A DNA stretch of 64,000 bases from assembly GCA_964016885.1 (NCBI GenBank), contig OZ024741.1, positions 339,698,001 through 339,762,000 of the forward strand, written 5' to 3'. The position numbers were made by a program, and so were the translations under genes. Of the stretch, positions 49,322-63,832 are shown one piece after another (the first letter of the stretch is position 1; every line of letters starts with the position of its first letter). The notes beneath the pieces are model-generated. The model did no database searches. It saw only the letters and a program-made list of their open reading frames with translations, and was not told where the DNA came from. This stretch comes from Eledone cirrhosa (Eukaryota).

Positions 49322-50063
49322 ATTATCAAGAAAAAAAAAACCAGTAAAATTCTATTAGGGAAACGTTATTAGCAAGAGACCCCCCCCCCCCCCCCCCCAA
49401 AAAAAAAAACAACAACAAAATAATTTGATAATTTAATAAATGATCAGAACGGATGCAAATCCATCGCAGCATGTGTCTGTGTATACGTGAGTATGTTTGT
49501 GTGTAGTATGTTTGTTCGTGTTGTGTAAGTAGGTTTCTGTATACGGAGTGTATGTGTGTGTATGTACGTGTTCCTGTTGGTGTATACACTCTAAATGTGT
49601 TTGTGTATGTCTGTGTGTAAGTATGTTTGTTCGTGTCTATGTGTGTGTATGCGTATTTGTTGATGTTGGTGTATGTATATAAATGTGTTTGTGTATGTCT
49701 GTGTAAGTATGTTTGTTCGTGTTCTTTATGTGAGCTTCTGCATATGTATGTATTTGTGTGTATGTATGCTTGTTGATGTTGGTGTATGTATAAAAATGTG
49801 AGTTTCTGTATATGTGTGTATGTGTGAGTGTACGCCTGATCGTGTTGTCGTATGTGTACGGATTTTTGCATGTGTGTTTGTGTGCTCCAATGTATGCGCG
49901 CGCATGTTTATCTATATCTGCGTGCGTATATATGTAAGAAAAAAAAATATATACATTATTATACACACGCACGCTTATATATATATATATTATACATATT
50001 ATATATTGATATAATTTGTATATATATATATTTATATATATATAATATATATGTATGTGTATA

Positions 50064-50107
<44 letters not shown>

Positions 50108-50514
50108 CCGTGTGTATGTGTGTGTGTAAGTGTGTGGTGTGTGTAATAATATGTATTTTAACTGCTAAATCCTTTACTGCTGATCACATACGTTCCTCAC
50201 CATAATGACTTGATATTAATCAATATTGAAGTGATAACATCTCTAAGATACACTTAGACTACTGTCCAATACATGTTGACTCATCCTAGCTATTTAACGT
50301 ATTGGAAACATAATAGAGAATCAAATGTGTTCCTGTTGATGTTATTGTTGCTGTAACTAATGTTTTTGCGTCGTTCGTCTTTGTTTTGTTTGTATTTCAA
50401 AATAATGTCGTTATATCCGGGAATCGTTTAAAATGGCTTAGGTATAATTACATCATGTAGAGATTATGTACAACTTGTACATGACCCGTTGTTTTGCCCA
50501 TCAAACTTTAACAA

Positions 50515-50649
<135 letters not shown>

Positions 50650-50912
50650 AAAATATATAAATGTATATATATATATATGTATATATGTGTGTGCGTGTAT
50701 GTATATATATGTATATATATATATGTGTGTGTATGTGCGTGTGTGTATGTGTGTATATATGTGTATATATATGTATGTATATACATATATAATAATTATA
50801 TATATATATTCAAATATGGGTGATTTTTCGAAATAAGATTATTTAATTAGTTTTTGCAATAACCGGTTCCGCTCTGAGTAGCTTTTCAAAGTTTTTCAGC
50901 TTGATTTGTGCT

Positions 50913-50976
<64 letters not shown>

Positions 50977-51393
50977 CCTTACATGCTGTTATATAGCGTT
51001 TTGAATTATGTCCTGAATGTTGTTGTTTGTGACTTATGTGGAAGAAAATATACAACTCATAACACGATTTGTACATAGTTCTTAGTGTTCTGATTTGTCA
51101 CTATACACATTATATATAATGTGCTTTGTACATCCCTGGTCAGTTAGCTCCATATTATGTTATATATATATATATAAAACATGAGAAGAAAGAATACTGC
51201 GTGGTTGCACATGGGTTACATATGATAAAAATAGTCCTTCGTCAGTGATTTTCCAACCTTCATTGGTATTTCATCGCTTTAAAAATCATATACCTCCGGT
51301 TGGTGCGAGCAATAGATAAATAAAGCTATTGGGACAAGTAAATCGCGTAAAGCGAGCGAGACAAGTAAACAAACATAGAAGGATGATAGCAAC

Positions 51394-51442
<49 letters not shown>

Positions 51443-51837
51443 ATGTATATATAGCTACGACTTTCTAAATGTTTAGAAATACGACATATCTGTATACAGC
51501 TATACCTGAAGCTAAATCCTAATTCTATTCTATTATAAGTTGAGCCAACTTATGCACCTTCATATGTAAATGAGATTAATCACCTCATTTACACAGACGA
51601 GAAAACTATATATTCTCGACTGTTTTCGAGTCACAAATGTGGGAGGGATCATTCTAATGAGGACCAGTTAGCCCGGTGTTTTTTGCATAGCTTTCTAAAT
51701 ATTTACTTGTAAACATACCGTGTTTCTTTAGAAATACGGAATTTCTATACATACATATATACATATATAGTGTTTGTTTTATGTGCATCACACCATACCC
51801 ACTAAAATGTAGTTTGCACATCCCTGGTCGGTTAGTC

Positions 51838-51891
<54 letters not shown>

Positions 51892-52475
51892 AATATACAC
51901 GGGCGTGTATGATTGTGTATAGAAGATTATATTAATAAGAGGAATTCTAACTTTGTCTGATTTACTCGTTTTATTTACAATCCTTTAAAATTTATAATGG
52001 TATTATAATGAAATAGTATGATAGAATATTAAATGTTAAGTGTTAATTGAACAAGGACTTTCATGCTTTCGCAATCTTCAGGCTTTAATTATAGTAATAT
52101 TTAACAAAGTGTTTTTTTCTTTCTGTATTCTAATGTCAGACTTATTCGAGATATACATAAGTATTATGTGCTGCAGTGTGGATAGTGAAAATAAGATACT
52201 GAATGTAAAACCTTTAGAAAGGAATAGGCTGACTATAGCCAGATGGATCTGGTTTGATCTGGTATGTTAACGTACATGAAATTTCAAACATGTGAAATGT
52301 TGGAAAGCAAATGAACATCAAAGGTATTATTGACATATGTAATATATGTAGGAACAACATCAATAATATTTTGTTGTTTTTGTTGTTATTGTTTATGTGA
52401 AATGTGGAATGATGCAGTGTGTTGCTAAGTTAAACGTATTTGGGGAAAGTGGAGTTGCTTTACATGGTCTATATA

Positions 52476-52620
52476 AAGAAGAAGAAGAAGAAGAAGAAGA
52501 AGAAGAAGAAGAAGAAGAAGAAGAAGAAGAAGAAGAAGAAGAAGAAGAAGAAGAAGAAGAAGAAGAAGAAGAAGAAGAAGAAGAAGAAGAAGAAGAAGAA
52601 GAAGAAGAAGAAGAAGAAGA
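52476..52620. repeat. (AAG)n
   Basis: Perfect run that explains the poly-E/K/S/F ORFs. Confidence 0.97.
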
Positions 52621-52805
52621 TGTCACAGAATATGAGACGAAAGAGCTTTGACGAAATAAAAGTGAAGCTGCTCGGAACTATACATGGTTTATATAAAGAA
52701 AGGATGGTTTTGATAAAAAGAAAAAAAATAGTAGGAACAGAGATATGACTATTTGGCTTCACATGATATTTGTGGACACTTTGTGGCAGTTTTCCTTTTC
52801 TGGGA

Positions 52806-53125
52806 AGATGCGTGGCTTAGGGATTACGGTGTTGTGCTTTACGATCATAACGTCATGAGTTTGGTCGAGTGGTGGAGCATTGTGTTCTTGAGAAAGGCTC
52901 TTTCTTTCACGTTACTCCAGTCAACTCAACCGGCAAAAGTGAGTCGTACATGTAATTCAAACGGCCAGGCTTGTCACACCCTGTGTCATTCTGAATCTCC
53001 CTGAGAATTACTTTGGTGGTACATATGTCTGTAGAGTGCACAGCAACTTGTACATGAAATTCACGAGTATTTAGTTCCGTTGGTCAAAACACTGGAACAC
53101 TCATCGCTGGAACCAACGGAGATCC
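52806..53125 (+). mobile_element. tRNA-derived SINE family B, decayed
   Basis: Collinear with the 56365-56682 copy (TTTCACGTT.CTCCAGTC.ACTCA, CTTGTCACA, CTGAATCTCCCTGAGAA). Confidence 0.75.
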
Positions 53126-53153
53126 CTAAAAAATATAAGCATGCATGTCAATT

Positions 53154-53228
<75 letters not shown>

Positions 53229-53339
53229 TTGGTGTATGTGTACTTATGTATTTTTATGTATTTGTTGGTGTACGCAGATGTATGATACGCCTTTATTCTG
53301 AATCACGTTGTGTTAGTGTTAATGTTAATTAAGATCTTT

Positions 53340-53830
53340 AAACCACCATAGAAAACATGGCGTGTAGTTTGTCCACCATTGGGGGTTTCGGTTCAACACA
53401 TTGGTAAATTTGTTTGGCAAGTTAGAAGTTGATATGTTTAGTTGGAGTAGGGGCATTATTGGAAATATGCAATATGGAATTTCCCTAGAAAATTCCTTTT
53501 CTTATGGGGATAAAGTAGTTGTTTTTATTTTCTCTTTATCTTGCAGTATTATTGATATTTTCAACTTTGAAATGACGTAAGTATCGGGACTGCTTTATTT
53601 ATGTACAATGTCTCCGATATCCAGGAGTGTGCTGGGCTGTGATGTGAGAAAATGTTCGCTAATCAATCTATACTATGCTTATGCGTTTATATCTTGTTCT
53701 GCTGTCATCAATAACTTCTTGGTTTACCAATAGCTGTGCTCTTCTTTTTCATCCATAATCTCCTTTACAACATTATGCTCGTCTGCTAAGATACTGTTAT
53801 TTTTTATCGTATAGATCAGCTGCCATTTTG
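53340..53830 (-). pseudogene. very decayed R4/Dong-like RT fragment
   Basis: Minus-strand remnants HSWISETLYINK (~53595-53630) and IRKGIF*GNS (~53480-53508) match HSWI and GIFQGDS of the other copies in the right order. Confidence 0.55.
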
Positions 53831-53951
53831 TTGGTGACTCAATATGTCACGATTATTGTTGCTGCAGCTGCCGTTGTTGTTGTTGGTGGTGGTGTCGTAG
53901 TTTAGTCCCAGATCAGCCATATGCATGTATGCATCTATGTATGTATGTTTG

Positions 53952-53983
<32 letters not shown>

Positions 53984-54036
53984 TGTATGTATGTATGTAT
54001 GTATGTATGTATGTATGTATGTATGTATGTATGTAT

Positions 54037-54645
54037 GTCAGGTCACCAGTTGGTGCTACTGGTAATATGTATTCCAGTACAACCTGTCCCATGGTCGGGT
54101 CGTTGGCGACTAAACTGGCAACCCCACCAAGGTTTCTTGGTGAGTAGGGTGACTTTGGACATCCTGCAGGACTAAAAACAAAACCTGTCAAATGGCAAAG
54201 GAGCTCTTAAGAGTCAATGGCCATCTAAAATCACCGGGAGAGATGACCCCTTAGCCTTTGTCAAGGCAGAATTCTAGGAGAAGGAAAACTCTGACATAAC
54301 ACCTGCAACCCTGATGGTATCCAATGATGTTGACTTGTTCTTCTTTTTGGTAAATATCATCTTGGTTAAGAGAGTGGGACTGGCTTTGTGAAGTGCTTTT
54401 GCTCACTATAAAAGCTTCACGGCACATGCATTGCTTTATATCTGGAGATCTCTCTGCACTTGTCGTCACATGGTACCATGGGCCCAGCACTATGTGTCAA
54501 TGATTGTCACAACTGTAGTGTTTGTACCAGAGTTTTCAAGTCGCTGGCTGGACTAAAAAGTCACACTCGTTCAGCGCATGGGTAGAGGTTCTCTTACATG
54601 GATATAAAGTAGTGGCCGTACTCGAAAACGAGTTGGCAGCCACCA
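54037..54645 (+). mobile_element. bipartite RTE-derived non-autonomous retroposon, copy 2
   Basis: Same start (TCAGGTCACCAGTTGG) and end (GGCAGCCACC-ATGT) as 24391-25000, with (ATGT)n on both sides. Confidence 0.8.
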
Positions 54646-54694
54646 TGTATGTATGTATGTATGTATGTATGAATTATGTATGTATGTATGTATG

Positions 54695-54725
<31 letters not shown>

Positions 54726-55707
54726 GTATGTATGTATGCTTGTGCGCGCGCTTGTGTGTGTGTATGTATGTGTGTCTGTATTTATGTTTGTATGTATGTA
54801 TGAGCGTGTATGAACAATCGAAAGAGAACACAATCAATTATGTAGGATTCATATTTTTAGGAAGGCTGTTGGTAATTTGCATGGTCATCATTCCAAATGT
54901 TGAATGTATGAAATCACACAACTAATCATTCAAATATTCGTTATAAGTGTACTTCTAGCCGTATTGTCTTAAAAGCTACGTCTTTATTGGCACTTGCGCG
55001 CATGATTTTCCTTGGACCAGCCAATGAAAATTGTTGCAAACTACTAGAAAAATCACTGCAAGGCACTAATAAGAGCCAAGGTGGACAATACCTTTGTCGG
55101 TTTCTTTCGACAATAAGTGTTCCTCCCTTAACGTAATACTCAGGAAGTTTCAGCGGGTCACGTATGTGTGCGACAAGGCCTCTTATGGGCTTCCAAACAA
55201 TTTCTGTCTACCCAAATTCCCTCACAAGGCAAAGGCCGACATAAGACTATGGCACTTACCAAAGTAAATGACACTTAACAAAAAGTCCATTCAGTGAGAT
55301 CGTATCTTATCGGGTGAGAAAAATTGAGAGAGTTCTGCTAAAAATACATAATCGGTTAGAAAATAATAACCAAATAACAAGGATTTGGATACCACGCCTT
55401 AACAATATATATTTATATAATATATATAATATATATATATAAGGAACATATATATGTGTGTGTGTGTATGTATATATAAATATGCCTAATATGATATATA
55501 TATATATAGAGAGAGAGAGAGAGGGGGAATATTTAAGTATCGAGAGAGAGAAGAAGAGATAAGCGATACATATAGTTATTTGCCAATAGTGTGTGAATGC
55601 GTGCTCAATACTTGTGCCTACAGGGTTAAATATTGGAAGCGTTAATATTTAGCGGGCGAGAATATAAGCAGAGAGGTTACAAGTGAAATGATTACACAGG
55701 AGAATAT

Positions 55708-55745
55708 TCCGTTAAAACATGTTTATATAAAAGCACCTACGCACG

Positions 55746-55779
<34 letters not shown>

Positions 55780-55866
55780 TGAGAAGCCCTTTTCGGACGA
55801 AACGTATGTAGGTGCTTTTATATAAACATGTTTTAACGGTATATATATATATATATCTTGAGAAGC

Positions 55867-55869
<3 letters not shown>
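55708..55869. repeat. small foldback in (TA)n with a degenerate hammerhead-like ...GGACGAAACGTA
   Basis: CCGTTAAAACATGTTTATATAAAAGCACCTAC pairs with GTAGGTGCTTTTATATAAACATGTTTTAACGG. TCTTGAGAAGCCCTT is duplicated. Confidence 0.7.
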
Positions 55870-55953
<84 letters not shown>

Positions 55954-56364
55954 AAAGGTAAACAGAAATAACAACACAATCGTTACAGTATATGGAAGGA
56001 ATATATTAGTTAATGCTTCAAATAGCAGGAAGAGGGTCTTAACATTTCGGACGCTAGTCCTTCATCAGAAGAAAGAATGTGAAATAAGATAGATTGAAGG
56101 GACGAGCGGGTTGCGGAAATAGGAAAGTAGATGAATTTGCAAATAGATAAGTAGTAGATACAGATTACATTCCAAATCCATCGGAAGTCGAATAATTCAG
56201 CCAAATAATTCAGTCGAAGGTGAGAAAATTTTGGGGAAAAAGGAATCTGTTATCTGTAGGACCTTCGTCGCTTCCAGCGATGATGTTTTCATTTGATGTG
56301 ATCTAAGGAACAACTTTCTTGTAAAAGTATCGTGCGAGTGACTGAGTAATCCACAGGCATATAT

Positions 56365-56682
56365 AAACTTCGTCGGTTACGACTAGCAGTGTTCCAATTG
56401 ATCTGTTTAACGGAACAGCCTGCTAGTGAATTTAACGTACAAGTGGCTGAGCATTCCACAGTCACGCGTACCCCTAACGTAGTTCTCAGGGAGATTCAGA
56501 GTGATACAGAATGTGACAAGGCTGTTCATTCGAACTACAGGTACAACTCATTTTTGCCAGCTGAGTGGACTGGAGCAACGTGAAATAAAGTGCTTTGTGC
56601 AAGGACACAACGCGGCACCGGGAATCGAACTCACAACCTTACGGTTATAAGCTAAATACCCTAACCACAAAGCCACGCGCCT
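56365..56682 (-). mobile_element. tRNA-derived SINE family B
   Basis: Minus strand GGCGCGTGGCTTTGTGGTTAGG (A box), GAGTTCGATTCC (B box), then GTTGTGTCCTTG..CAAAGCACTTT...CCAGTCCACTCAGCTG central domain. Confidence 0.85.
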
Positions 56683-56713
56683 TCACACATACATTTATAC
56701 ATACATAGATACA

Positions 56714-57045
56714 TGATGGCTGCCCCCGCGTTATCGGCCATTGCACGATATAACATTATTAATAATTATCAATTGATGCGATCGTGCAATGCCTCTGTGT
56801 GAAGATTTTTTTAAAGTGAGGAGAGACTGTGCACTGAGCCAATCCCACTCTCTGAGCGACAGTAGCCATAACACGAAAAGAAGAAAAGATCAGCATCATT
56901 GGTAACTACTGAGCCGCAGGTTTTATGTCCGAGTTATCCCCGTTTCTTGAGTTGCCTTCGCCTAGAAGAATGCCTTTACAAAGGCTCGGGGTCCTTCACT
57001 CTCAGTGGTTTAACCGCGTGATCTGGTATCCAGTTCGAATATTTC
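56714..57045 (-). mobile_element. diverged shorter relative of the bipartite RTE-derived element
   Basis: The minus strand shares collinear blocks GACCCC.AGCCTTTGT.AAGGCA..TTCTAGG.GAAGG, ACCTGC, CCAATGATG.TGA, AGAGAGTGGGA.TGGCT, CTTCACA..AGGCATTGC and the end GGCAGCCA.CATGTAT. Confidence 0.65.
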
Positions 57046-57706
57046 TATGTCCTCGCGCATATACATACATATGTATACATGTATCTACATATATACATAT
57101 ACACAAATATACATATGTAAATACATATATATACATACACACATACACACATACATACACACATACATACATACATATATACATACATACACACATACAT
57201 ACACACATACACACATACATACACACATACATACATACATATATACATACATACACACATACATACACACATACATACATACATATATACATACATACAC
57301 ACATAGATACACACATACATACACACATACATACATGCATACATACATATATGAACACGATAACTGCAATCGATATCTGCAAACACACACAGGCAATCAC
57401 ACGGTTTCTCTTGTCATGTTTCACTAGAATAAACAGATTTCTACCAGTGAATAAACACATTCAACGAAAGATTAATGCCACTGATCTCTTCTTATTTGAA
57501 GACAACTGAGCCCTTCATATACTAATGTGACTGACCTCCTCTTTTGTTAATACAACTAAGCCCTTTCTATGTTAATATGACGGAACCCTCCCTATATCAA
57601 GCCCAACGTGGTAAGCCAACATTTCATGTTGATATTCGTTTTTATAGTTGCAGTCTTTCTGTTTTCGTTCTCAGAGGACATTAACCACCATAGCATGTGT
57701 GTGTGT

Positions 57707-57763
<57 letters not shown>

Positions 57764-57764
<1 letters not shown>

Positions 57765-58096
57765 AGTTGTCCCCCCGGTATTCGCAGGGTTTACGTACCT
57801 AGAGCACCCGAGAAGAGTGAAAAACCGCAAACATTGGACGTCGTCGAAAAAATGTCAAAATACAACGTAAAATATAATAAAAAGAAGACGGAGCGTCTTA
57901 TGCAAAGGGGCGTCCAATAGACCGGCAAATACGGTATATTGCTATTAATAATTTAGAGTTGAAAAATATATATTGCCACGAAAAATGCCATAAAAAATCG
58001 TGGAAGATATTTGCGATTCCACGAATATGCGGTGGTTTCCACGAACAACTGTTAGTTAGGTTCTATGGAAATTTCCGCGAATACCGTGGTACACTG
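57764..58096. mobile_element. Tc1/mariner superfamily (Tigger/pogo-like) MITE
   Basis: Imperfect TIRs CAGTTGTCCCCCCGGTATTCGC / GCGAATACCGTGGTACACTG, with TA on both sides. Confidence 0.75.
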
Positions 58097-58317
58097 TACA
58101 TATATTTTTATGTATACTGTTATAACTACCCCTATCATCTTTGTTTGTAACTTCCTTCCATAACCTTCTCACACTTCTCTTACGTATAGCTGTTCTCTCT
58201 TTATCTGAAGTTTACTGAAGAAGAACTTCTGTCCGAAACGTTGAGACCTCCTTCAGTTCTTCCAAGCATGAGCCTAATATAATTGTGTAAATTTGCCTCC
58301 TGTGTTTTGCTTCTTCC

Positions 58318-58378
<61 letters not shown>

Positions 58379-58487
58379 TATTTATGTATGTGTGTGTATG
58401 TATGTGTGTGTTTGTGTGCTTTTTGTAGTAGGTCCTTCCTATTCCACTCATTTTTATTTCTTTATTTAGTTATTCTATACAATTTCT

Positions 58488-58524
<37 letters not shown>

Positions 58525-58548
58525 TACAATAAAACTCACCTCCTACAT

Positions 58549-58783
<235 letters not shown>

Positions 58784-58833
58784 GTATATGTATATGTGTA
58801 TATGTATATATGGATGTAGTTTGTGATGTATAT

Positions 58834-58913
<80 letters not shown>

Positions 58914-58926
58914 ATATATATATACT

Positions 58927-58965
<39 letters not shown>

Positions 58966-59503
58966 TATATGTATATGTATATGTATATATGTATGTATAG
59001 ATGTATATATATATATATTACATATACACATATATCACTATACATCTATATATATATATACTATCATACATCAATACGATATCATATACACACCTATACC
59101 ACTATACATATAACCACTACATCCTACGTACATACCTACCTCATAACATACATCACCATCACCTATACCCCACATATATGCATCTATACGCGAGTGCTTA
59201 CATATCGAGTACATATCTATTATGAGATTAGTGCTATCCATAATCGCAAATTTACTTGACAGATAAAGGCCTTCACATCTTTAACGCCTCCAAACCACTC
59301 CAAATCGAACATATATTTTATTGCTTTATGTATTCACATGTTTATTCAGCCATTTTTATTACATACATGTATGTATATATATGTATATATGTATATATAT
59401 ATACATACATACACACATATATATATATATAGTATTTATTGTTTTACTATATTATATAATTCTTGCCATTTTTGTTAAGCTGTTTTCGTTGATATTTATA
59501 ATC

Positions 59504-59640
59504 CTCACACACACGCACACACACATTCATGCACACACATATATACATATCACACACACGCACACACACATTCATGCACACACATATATACATATCACAC
59601 ACACGCACACACACATTCATGCACACACATATATACATAC
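59504..59640 (+). repeat. ~44-bp x3 tandem repeat built from CA/TA microsatellite
   Basis: TCACACACACGCACACACACATTCATGCACACACATATATACAT occurs three times. Confidence 0.85.
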
Positions 59641-59765
59641 ACATATAAACATACATATGTTGTAAATGTATATATGTATACTTATGTCAATTCATATATG
59701 AATATATGTGTTTGCGTGCATCATGTAAATATACATATAAATACAACTATAACTATAAGTAAATA

Positions 59766-59817
<52 letters not shown>

Positions 59818-59932
59818 TATATATATGTATGTATATACATATATATATAATATATATATTATATATACATATATATATTTATTTATATATATATATACAT
59901 TTATATTTATATATATAATTTATATATATATT

Positions 59933-60031
<99 letters not shown>

Positions 60032-60238
60032 TTTCATTTTTCCTCTCCTTCTATAGCACCCATAACAAAACACACCTTACACCACTGTCATAGCATCATA
60101 GACTGGACTCTTTATCAACGCAGATATGTAAATATTGGCAAAACAGAATTGTGTTTTCTTACAAAATCTATATAATGTTATCTGTCTTTTTCACCCCTCC
60201 TCTTTTATACATACATTACATACATACACACAGACACT

Positions 60239-60295
<57 letters not shown>

Positions 60296-60299
60296 TCAA

Positions 60300-60350
<51 letters not shown>

Positions 60351-60651
60351 TATTATGTATATAAATATATATATTTATTTATATATGTGTGTGTTTGTAT
60401 GTTCGTCTGTGTGTGTAATTCTTTATTGTCCGTCCTTTTTTTATTATCTATGATAGAAGGCGCTTGATAATGCCTTGGCGGTGTGCAGCGTCGTGCAGTG
60501 AGGAAGGTGGGGTGGTGTGGTGTTGTGTGGTGTAGTGTGGTGTGGTGTTGTGTGGTGTTGTGGTGCTGTGCTGCTGATGTGACCACAGCAGTTGAACTTG
60601 TTCACACTCTTATTCGGAACTGCAAATATACATGTACCGCGTATGTATGTA

Positions 60652-60764
<113 letters not shown>

Positions 60765-60774
60765 GTATATATGT

Positions 60775-60890
<116 letters not shown>

Positions 60891-61260
60891 TACATACACT
60901 CCCCTTCTCCCTTCTTGTCTCTCTTCTATTATTTGTTTGTATATATGGGTAAAGACTGCGATATAGCAATACATATATACACACATGCGCACACACACAC
61001 ACATATATGTGTGTATGTATAATGTATATTTGCATACGTATATGCAAACGTGTGACGATCGTGTTGTACGTGGTGAGCTTCGACTTGTGCGTGTGTTTGT
61101 GTTTATGGGAGCCTTTAAGGGACATCGGATTTTGCATTATTCATCATTATTCCCATTATTGATTAATATCGACCATTACTGGACATTATTGCACTACGCC
61201 TTTATAAAATAGCCAAATAAATGAACATCAATATATATATATATACACACACACACACAA

Positions 61261-61316
<56 letters not shown>

Positions 61317-61992
61317 GCATTATTTGGGAGAATGGTCGTATAAATTGGGAGAAAGGGATATACAGTCTAGAGCTACCAAGTTATACGCCCATTCTCCCAA
61401 ATAAATCATACCTGTCAAAGATGTTTAATGGTTCTAAGTTCAAAAGTATAAATTTAATGATGGTGTAGATGGTTTAATCTTAAAATATTGAGCCCGGGCT
61501 GGCAGGGCTCTCGTTTGGTTATTTAGAGCCCGAACGTCCGCCTTATAGACAATAGAATTTGTAATTTTCAACAGAGTACAGCGGACAGGATAACTCATTG
61601 CTTTGCACCGAGAAATACATTATTAAATGTAGGGTGTGATTTATTGGATGTCCTGGCTGTTATCGCTAGCTAATCCAGCGTCTGTGTCAAGGGTCTCTCA
61701 TTGAATCGTAGTATTTCTTGTAAAATTATACAGTTATATTTCAACTCTGAAGTTGTCTGGCTTAGTGGATAAGGGAAATTAAATGGAAGAATTATTGGAG
61801 CTGGTGAAGTAGTGCACCAGCTTCAGTATTCGGGCTTCAGAAGATTGGTGTTAGGGCTAACAGCCAAACTCGCTATCTTCAGTTCGATATTTGTACCAAC
61901 CTTTACCTGTAGTCATGGATCTTAGGTAATGGCCGAAAAAATAAAAGCTGTCGAATGATTGCGTTTCTTCCGAAAGGTCTCCCGAGTAATGT

Positions 61993-63729
61993 TTTTAGGG
62001 GCTGGATCGCTGCGATGCAGAACCACATCTGCTCGATTGTGAAGGTGAGTGGTCACCTGGTGCAGCCTTTCAGCATCATGCGCTCGGTTCGACAGGGTTG
62101 GCTCCTCTCATCCCGCTTGTACGTACTGGCCCTCGAGCCATTACTGCACAAATTGGAGACAATGAGGGGGTCCTACGCGAACTGGGATGCGGGAGATCCG
62201 TGTCAGCTTACGCCGACGACGTCACCGTGGTGGTGTCGAGCACCAAACACGTCCAGGTGCTCGGCACCGCTCTCAAGGAATACGAAGCGGTGACAGGAGA
62301 AAAGATAAACCAGGAAAAGTCGGTGGGCTTGCAGCTCAGCACCTGGAGAGGCAAGTCCATACCGTCCGACAGCGTCGTGGACGGAAGGACCGGTTACATT
62401 GCTCGGGGTCTGGTTCGGTCCGGACCTCCAGATTGAGAAAAACTGGAGCGAGGTGACGAGCAGGGTGGCCTCTCTCACCCAGAAATGGGCCGAGAGGAGG
62501 CTGGCTCTGAAAGTTCGGGCGAAGGTGGCGAATGCGTACATAACGTCCGTCATCTGCTACCGCCTGACCGTCGTACCTTGCCCACGCCCAACTCTGACCA
62601 AAATGGAGCGCCTTCTCTTCCGCTTTTCGTGTAAGGGACGTGCTCCCATGGTCAGACGATCCATTTGCTGTCAACACCCGTTGCGTGGAGCACTAGGCAT
62701 GCTGTGGCTGATGATGCGCAAATATGCGCTGAGGCTGCGACGTCTCTAGTGCTTCCTTGACGGTGAACAGGTGTGGTCGCCGTTTGCCAGACGCGCTTTT
62801 CCCCAGCTCGTCTCCTTGACGGAGCTGCACTCCTGGATCAGGAAAAGACCGAGAGATAGAGCTTGGAAGCTGGAATGATTCCAAGCGCTCACCGCCCTCT
62901 ACCAGCTGGGCACTAGTATCGGTGAAACATCCAACTCGGCGTTCTATAGAGGGCTAGTGGACGGAAAGAGCGACGACGTTCTCGGGGAGACCCTGGGCGT
63001 CGAAGACGATCAGCTGTTCGATCTCTTCAAGAGAACTTTCAGACCGGGGCCTATGGACAACTTCCTGAAATCCCTGGCCTGGCAGTGCTACCGGGGAGAG
63101 TTGCCGGTTCGGGATAAGCTCTACAGAAACGGAGGTGCTGTCAGCCGAGCCTGTCCGAGATGTGCGCAGGGCGACGAAACCGTGGTGCACGCACTCGTTC
63201 AGTGCCCGAGGATTGCTGACTTGTGGAGCTATGTCGAACAGTTGCTGTCGTGTGTAGGAAGGATCCGGTTATCGACTGAGTCCATTATGCAGATAGCCCC
63301 ACCATCCTCCTTTAAAGAGGAGGAAGGGCAGGCAGTTTTCATCTGCCTGGTGGCCTGGCCATGGTGAAAGAGATTATGTGGTGGACAAGATTGAAAGGGT
63401 TGAAGAAGGACACTTTTCTCTTCGGCCAATCTCTGATTAACTTTTTCAAGTTTCACTTGAAGAGGAAAATCAGGGTGGAGAGGCAAGTGCTGTCTTCTAG
63501 TAAGTTTGTTGAAAGGTGGGTGAAAGTGGCGAGTCTGGTCCGAGTAAACGGGCCCGCTCTGAGTATACGCCTGTAGACTGAGGAATGGAAAAGTGAGAGA
63601 GGGCGCTTGCCCTGGTGGTCAGGGTGAACGTGGTCTTTTGTGTGGTTTTCACCACGAATGACATTCGCAGACCCCCCCCCCCTCCCTCTTTTTTTCTTTT
63701 TTGATTTCTATCCCGATTTCTATATTGTT
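61993..63729 (+). mobile_element. 5'-truncated Tx1-like LINE, diverged relative of 8398-13623
   Basis: Collinear with 11790-13500: FRGWIAAM, SVRQG, AYADDVTVVVS, LGVWFGPDLQ, CPRCAQGDETVVHALVQC, stop at 63576, homologous 3' UTR start. Confidence 0.92.
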
Positions 63730-63832
63730 ATAAAATAAAGTACCAGTAATACACTGGGGTAGATTTAATCTATTTTCCACTCCCCCTTCAAATTGCTGGC
63801 CTTGAGCTTAAAGTAGAAACAATTATTATTAT
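63730..63832 (+). mobile_element. 3' half of SINE family A abutting the Tx1 3' UTR
   Basis: ATAAAATAAAGTACCAGTAATACACTGGGG...TTGCTGGCCTTGAGCTTAAAGTAGAAACA(ATT)n. Confidence 0.85.

Noticed and set aside
52393-52762. Poly-E/K/S/F ORFs
   Set aside because: (AAG)n microsatellite.
55140-55310. Possible third SINE family remnant
   Set aside because: Too decayed, single copy in the window, and no clear A/B boxes.
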